Below are positions 25,438 to 29,733 of a stretch of DNA of 29,733 nucleotides, in pieces. The notes below the pieces were generated by a model that saw only the letters and a program-made list of their open reading frames with translations, made no database searches and was not told the origin of the DNA. The stretch lies in the IMG/VR virus record IMGVR_UViG_3300020045_007953, positions 1 through 29,733 of that record. One strand, written 5' to 3'. The stretch is from a virus. Taxonomy: Duplodnaviria > Caudoviricetes. The first letter of the stretch is position 1. Every line of letters begins with the position of its first letter. The translations under genes and the position numbers were made by a program.

Positions 25438-25782
25438 TTATGGTGTATATAGTTCGATGGTGCCGGGCATGGTGCGGGTGCCGGTTATGTATAGGTATGT
25501 TTTACGGGCGTCGGCTTCTGGGCTGGCTATGGTGTAGTAGTCGCCGCGCCAAAGTATTACCATGCTTTCGGCGTAGCGGTTTAATGCAAAGCGTACTTTA
25601 AATTTTTGAATTTTGCCTATCATGGCGGCGCCTAGTTCCATTTGCCGCTCTGATGAAACGAAACTAATGTCGGCGCGGTCGAAAAAGGCGTGCTGATATT
25701 TCCGAACCCGTTCGTTTGATTCGTTTTTTGTTATGGTTTCTTCGAGTACTTCTATGCGTTCGCGTTGTGATCCTGATAGCAT
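25438..25782 (-). CDS. Head-tail adaptor (SPP1 gp16-like)
   Basis: G..RERIE...FKVRF...MVILWRGDYYTI. Confidence 0.8.
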   Translation of the reverse strand: MLSGSQRERIEVLEETITKNESNERVRKYQHAFFDRADISFVSSERQMELGAAMIGKIQKFKVRFALNRYAESMVILWRGDYYTIASPEADARKTYLYITGTRTMPGTIELYTP

Positions 25783-25815
25783 GGCAAAAATGTTGAATGT
25801 TGAATGTTAAATGTT

Positions 25816-25888
25816 GCCTTCGACTGCTTCGCGCTCAGGCGGCGGCTGATATGTGCGGCGGTAGCTGAGTAGCGTAGCGTGTCGAAGC
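25816..25888. repeat. REP-like element plus inverted variant
   Basis: 30-mer at 25816-25845 and GCTGAGTAGCGTAGCGTGTCGAAGC at 25864-25888. Confidence 0.75.
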
Positions 25889-26454
25889 TAGCCCCAATAG
25901 GTGCGGATGTGTTTTGCTATTAGGGTGTTGTATGCGTCGTGGCTCATTACTGTCATGGGGCGGTAGCCCTGGCGCTCGTTGTCGTATAAATCGGATATTT
26001 TCAGGATGGCGGCGCCTCTTAATACTTTTGGTATGTTGGCGGCGGCGTATCCGGTTTTGTAGGTTAATTTTAGTTGGTCGGCTTCCAGGCTTGTTAGTAG
26101 CTCAAGGTCGAATTTGTTAAATCCTGGTGTGGTTTCGTAGTCGGTGGTGGCTACGTCGGACCAGTCGCCTCCGGTTATTTTCTTTTCGAGTTTGGTAAAA
26201 CTGAGTAATGGGGCTTGTGGTATAGTGTAGCACTGAAACCCGCGCTCGGTTTTAAATATTAGCGTGTTGGTTGTCTCGAGTACGTCGCTGTTGGTGTCTG
26301 CCTCTAGTTTGTCGATGGCTATGGCTATCTGGTCGGCTATAAATGTGTCGTCGGCTGTAAATTCGGGCTCTATTTGGAGCTGTTTTTTTGCGGCGTCAAC
26401 GGTTATGGGTGTGCCGGTTTTTGTTTTGGTGGGTAGCGTGGTTATGGTGTGCAT
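25888..26454 (-). CDS. Head-tail connector (gp6-like)
   Basis: ITVDAAKKQLQI...DD, YKTGY...IP.VLRGA.ILKISDLYDNER. Confidence 0.85.
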   Translation of the reverse strand: MHTITTLPTKTKTGTPITVDAAKKQLQIEPEFTADDTFIADQIAIAIDKLEADTNSDVLETTNTLIFKTERGFQCYTIPQAPLLSFTKLEKKITGGDWSDVATTDYETTPGFNKFDLELLTSLEADQLKLTYKTGYAAANIPKVLRGAAILKISDLYDNERQGYRPMTVMSHDAYNTLIAKHIRTYWG

Positions 26455-26471
26455 GGCTTTTGTGTTTTAAT

Positions 26472-26542
26472 GTTCCCTTCTACTGCTTCGCGCTCAGGGA
26501 ACGGCGCGGTTTATAATTGTGCGGGGCTGAGCCTGTCGAAGC
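26472..26542. repeat. REP-like variant plus inverted short variant
   Basis: GTTCCCTTCTACTGCTTCGCGCTCAGGGAAC and GCTGAGCCTGTCGAAGC. Confidence 0.7.
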
Positions 26543-26543
26543 C

Positions 26544-26573
26544 AAAAAGGGGAAGGGTTGAGCCCTTCCCCTT
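26544..26573 (-). terminator. Intrinsic terminator after the capsid gene
   Basis: Minus strand AAGGGGAAGGG-CTCAA-CCCTTCCCC-TTTTT. Confidence 0.8.
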
Positions 26574-26599
26574 ATATGGTTATCCGATTTTATCGACTA

Positions 26600-27790
26600 C
26601 TATGTAGCTGAATCGAGATCAGGAGTTTTAACAAATGCGCCTGAATCGCGACAAACAATACCGGCTAGTTTGTTTACGGTGGTGCGAATCTGCCCTTTTT
26701 CCTGAAGGCTGTAAGGATCTATCAGGAGTTCGAGCCCGCCGTACATTCCAATGAAAATTTCGGACCATGCGCCATAAATGATATATTGCTGGTTTGTCCC
26801 GTCAGCAAACAATGTAGAGTAATACACATTTGCGCCGTCGTGGGTTAATCCAATTCCATTATTTGCAGTCATCGCTGCTAAAAATTTACCTGACCCGGCG
26901 TCAAGTTTTACGGCTTTCAATGCAAAGAATGAACCGCGATCCATGGCGAATGCGCCATCTACTTCTATTGCTGCCATAAGTGCATCTAATCCGGCGGGGG
27001 TGAGTGCTCCGGCGGCTACTTCTGTAGCTGCGGTCAATGCGGTGGCATATACCTGCGCGGTTAATTTGCGATCAACAGATTTAACCATGTCGGCCAAAAT
27101 TGCAGCGTGTACGGTTGGGTTTTCCTGGGCTAAAAGTTCCTTGCTCCATGTTTCAGTGATACCGTATCGTGATGGTGCCATGGTAACGTAAGTAGGAATT
27201 GATGGTGTACCGGTAATTGCGGCTTCTTCGGCGTATTTTCCGGCTACGTCTGCGGCTTTCTTTGCTAACTGAAATGAGCCCTGAAGACCTGGCAGAACGG
27301 TACAGCCCATTGCCTGAAATAACGGCTCTTTACCCAAAATTGAAATTCCAAGCTGGGGGGCTAATGGTGTTTCGATGTTGGTGGCGTTGGTGGTGGTGTT
27401 GGCGGCGCGCTGGTGAAATGGGATTAATAAACCGCTTGATGATACCCCACGGCTTAACTCCTGATGTTGTTCGGCCTCAATGCCTGTTAATGCCGATTCT
27501 CCGCCTTTGGTGAATTCGCGGATGGCTTTTGAAACATTGTATTGTTTTGCCTGACCGCCAATATTGAAAGAACGTTTTTGTGGTTCTTCAATGCCGCGGG
27601 CTTCGAGTTCCTCAGCGTCTTTGATGTCGGTATCCATGCGGGCTACTTCGGCTTTTAATCCGTCGTATTTGGTGGCTTCTTCGGTGGTGGCGGCGCGTAA
27701 TACTCCGTCGGTTTTGCGGGCGTCTAAAATGGCTTGCATTTCGGCAACTTTTTCGGCCCTCTTAATTTTTAATTCTTCGGATAGTTTCAT
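26600..27790 (-). CDS. Major capsid protein, HK97 family
   Basis: N-terminal coiled-coil delta domain; WSKELL.Q, GAWSEIFIGMYGGLELLIDPYS. Confidence 0.9.
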   Translation of the reverse strand: MKLSEELKIKRAEKVAEMQAILDARKTDGVLRAATTEEATKYDGLKAEVARMDTDIKDAEELEARGIEEPQKRSFNIGGQAKQYNVSKAIREFTKGGESALTGIEAEQHQELSRGVSSSGLLIPFHQRAANTTTNATNIETPLAPQLGISILGKEPLFQAMGCTVLPGLQGSFQLAKKAADVAGKYAEEAAITGTPSIPTYVTMAPSRYGITETWSKELLAQENPTVHAAILADMVKSVDRKLTAQVYATALTAATEVAAGALTPAGLDALMAAIEVDGAFAMDRGSFFALKAVKLDAGSGKFLAAMTANNGIGLTHDGANVYYSTLFADGTNQQYIIYGAWSEIFIGMYGGLELLIDPYSLQEKGQIRTTVNKLAGIVCRDSGAFVKTPDLDSAT

Positions 27791-27835
27791 GGTGAAATGA
27801 TTATTTTTTAAGTTGTAAAATCTCGAGTTCTTTTG

Positions 27836-28450
27836 TTAATATATCGTATTCAATTTCTCTTTGCAGGGGGCAGGGGGCAGGGGGCGTTCGTTTATGTTGG
27901 TTTGTTTTACCAGTGCTTCTATTACTGATAGTCCGATATAGCCGTCTTCTGATATGTTTCTAAAGTGTAGAATATCGGCGGCGGCTATGGTGTCGGATTG
28001 TGTGCCTGATGCGCGGCGTATTTTGTAATTGGTTATGGCGCCGTCTACTATTTCAATGGATTCTAAACGGGTAGGGTGTATAATTTCTAATCGTTCGACG
28101 TAGGCGGTTTGGCTGTTTTTGTGTGCCCGTACTATGCTGTTGCCAAATTTATTAAAATGTAGCTCTACTGTGCTCCAAAATTGCTGTGCGTTTTGTGATG
28201 GGTTTGGCTGGTACCTCAACAACCAGTATAGACGGTGTTGTTTTAACTCCATGCGCCCCATGTTGTTGTCTGCAAATATGCTGATGGGCATACGTGAAAC
28301 GGAGTCGCTTAAATGTTCGAAGCATGTAAAAACGGTGGAAATTTGTTCTGGTATTCCGCTAACTCCGTTTGTTTCAGTCCGTTGTATTTGTGTGCCTAGC
28401 TTAACGGAGGCGGTTTTATATTGGGACCATAAATATGATAGAAAATTCAT
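27836..28450 (-). pseudogene. Portal protein (HK97 family), C-terminally truncated
   Basis: STVFTC...SRMP, HRLYWLL..QPN..Q...FW, GNS, DILHFRN...G.S; only 204 aa with an unrelated tail. Confidence 0.75.
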
Positions 28451-28474
28451 TGCGCGCGCTTTTCTGTAATATGT

Positions 28475-28534
28475 CCCTTCGATTGCTTCGCACTCAGGCG
28501 GCGGCCTTCGACTGCTTTGCGCTCAGGCGGCGGC
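28475..28534. repeat. Tandem pair of REP-like elements
   Basis: Two near-copies of the 30-mer between the terminase and portal genes. Confidence 0.8.
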
Positions 28535-28537
28535 GCT

Positions 28538-29733
28538 TTAGTCTGAATCTTTAGGGCTCATTAGTGTTTTGAAAAAGTCGGCGGTTATGTCGTTGTTGTT
28601 TTGTAACCATGCGCCTACTGCCATTGCCCAGGCTACCGGTCCGTCTACTGAATCCTGAGATTTGTTTTTCATTATTTTTATGTTGCCGTTTCCGTCTTTG
28701 TATAACACAATGTTGCGAAACATCCAGCGCATTACCGGATTTTTACCCATGTTGAGCGTGTCGTCAAAGAATAGTTTTTCAATGTATTTCAGTGGAAAAT
28801 TAAACCAGGTTGTGTTTTGCCTGAATTTACAGCATGTTATATATAAACTGCTTTCTATTTCAGGAATTATAAACCCGCTGTTCCATTCGTCGTAGTTTAT
28901 TTGGCGGATTTCAAAAATAGTATTCCAGTATTTTATGCGCTCGAGTATTATTTTTTGATCGATGGTGTTGGTCGGATGCTCTATTATGTGGTTTTTTTCG
29001 ATCCATTCGCCTAAGTCTATGCCTGAATTTCGTACTTTCTTTGTTTCGTTTTGCGGGAAATGAAATTCCGGTATAACTCCGTGGCGGCCTGTTGCCTCAT
29101 CAACCCAATGTATTACGGTGGCGGCTAAGTCGCGCTGGCTTGATAGGTCAATTCCCATGTATGCAACTGGGCGGGTTCCGGTTGTTGGCATTTGTACGGG
29201 CCTAAATGCGGTTATATAAATTTCGTCGGGTATCCATTGTTCGTTATTGTCCAGGTAACGGTTTAGGTTTTTGGTTATGAAGTTATTTTTTTCGGTTATG
29301 GTTAGTTTTGCTTTTTCCCATTCGCTAACTAATGACTCCATGGCTACGGTTACGCCTATGTTTGGATTTGCTTTTATCCATGTGCTGTAGTCTTCTATTT
29401 CGTCGTCGTCGTCGAGTGTGTAAAGTGCGTAGAATGTGGTGTTATCTGTTACGGTCCCTTCTAGTACGCGTTTGGCGGTTTCTACCATCAAATAAAATGG
29501 GTAATCTTTGTTAAATCCTGCGGTCGATGTAATTAAACCGAGTGGGTTGTCGCGGTTCAAAATACCTGATTTCATTACGTTGTAGAATTCGAGCGTTTTA
29601 TGGGCGTGCATTTCGTCCATAATAAAAATCGACGGGTTTAATGAGTCGTTGGCCAGTGGTTTGTTGGCCAGTACTTTTAATTTTCCGTAGTTCTTTTTGT
29701 AAATTATTTGGAATTGCTGAACTTTTAACCGCG
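28538..29733 (-). CDS. terL: Terminase large subunit (5' end beyond the window)
   Basis: Frame open to the edge; Walker B IFIMDEMH, ITSTAG, WIKANPNIG, GIDLS, YDEWN, VDGPVA. Confidence 0.93.
   Translation of the reverse strand, partial: RLKVQQFQIIYKKNYGKLKVLANKPLANDSLNPSIFIMDEMHAHKTLEFYNVMKSGILNRDNPLGLITSTAGFNKDYPFYLMVETAKRVLEGTVTDNTTFYALYTLDDDDEIEDYSTWIKANPNIGVTVAMESLVSEWEKAKLTITEKNNFITKNLNRYLDNNEQWIPDEIYITAFRPVQMPTTGTRPVAYMGIDLSSQRDLAATVIHWVDEATGRHGVIPEFHFPQNETKKVRNSGIDLGEWIEKNHIIEHPTNTIDQKIILERIKYWNTIFEIRQINYDEWNSGFIIPEIESSLYITCCKFRQNTTWFNFPLKYIEKLFFDDTLNMGKNPVMRWMFRNIVLYKDGNGNIKIMKNKSQDSVDGPVAWAMAVGAWLQNNNDITADFFKTLMSPKDSD

Noticed and set aside
12293-29514. Numerous plus-strand ORFs and Arg-rich off-frame minus ORFs (e.g. 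20344-20844, 22303-22719)
   Set aside because: They are shadows of well-supported minus-strand genes caused by codon bias, with no recognisable motifs

Overview
This window holds most of a temperate, siphovirus-like phage of a Bacteroidetes host. The host call rests on PcfK/PcfJ, a Bacteroidetes-type tyrosine integrase and TAnnTTTG promoter boxes. Almost all genes are on the minus strand, in the order terminase, truncated portal, HK97-fold capsid, head-tail and tail genes, tail fibre and beta-helix proteins, GH108 lysis cassette, putative intact attP, integrase, immunity region, early genes with a tRNA-Met-like gene, PcfK/PcfJ. The most unusual part is 225-3067: five attC-like imperfect palindromes delimit four integron-style gene cassettes whose ends are mutually complementary. 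The cassette genes lie antisense to the apparent attC top strand, two start inside the hairpin, and no integron integrase is present in the window. One cassette carries a dual-frame C5 methyltransferase with a nonsense codon that is silent in the overlapping frame. Other oddities are a 121-bp direct repeat bracketing the array, an apparent portal/protease deletion, REP-like and heptamer intergenic repeats, and two slippery homopolymer tracts. All calls come from manual reading, with no database searches.
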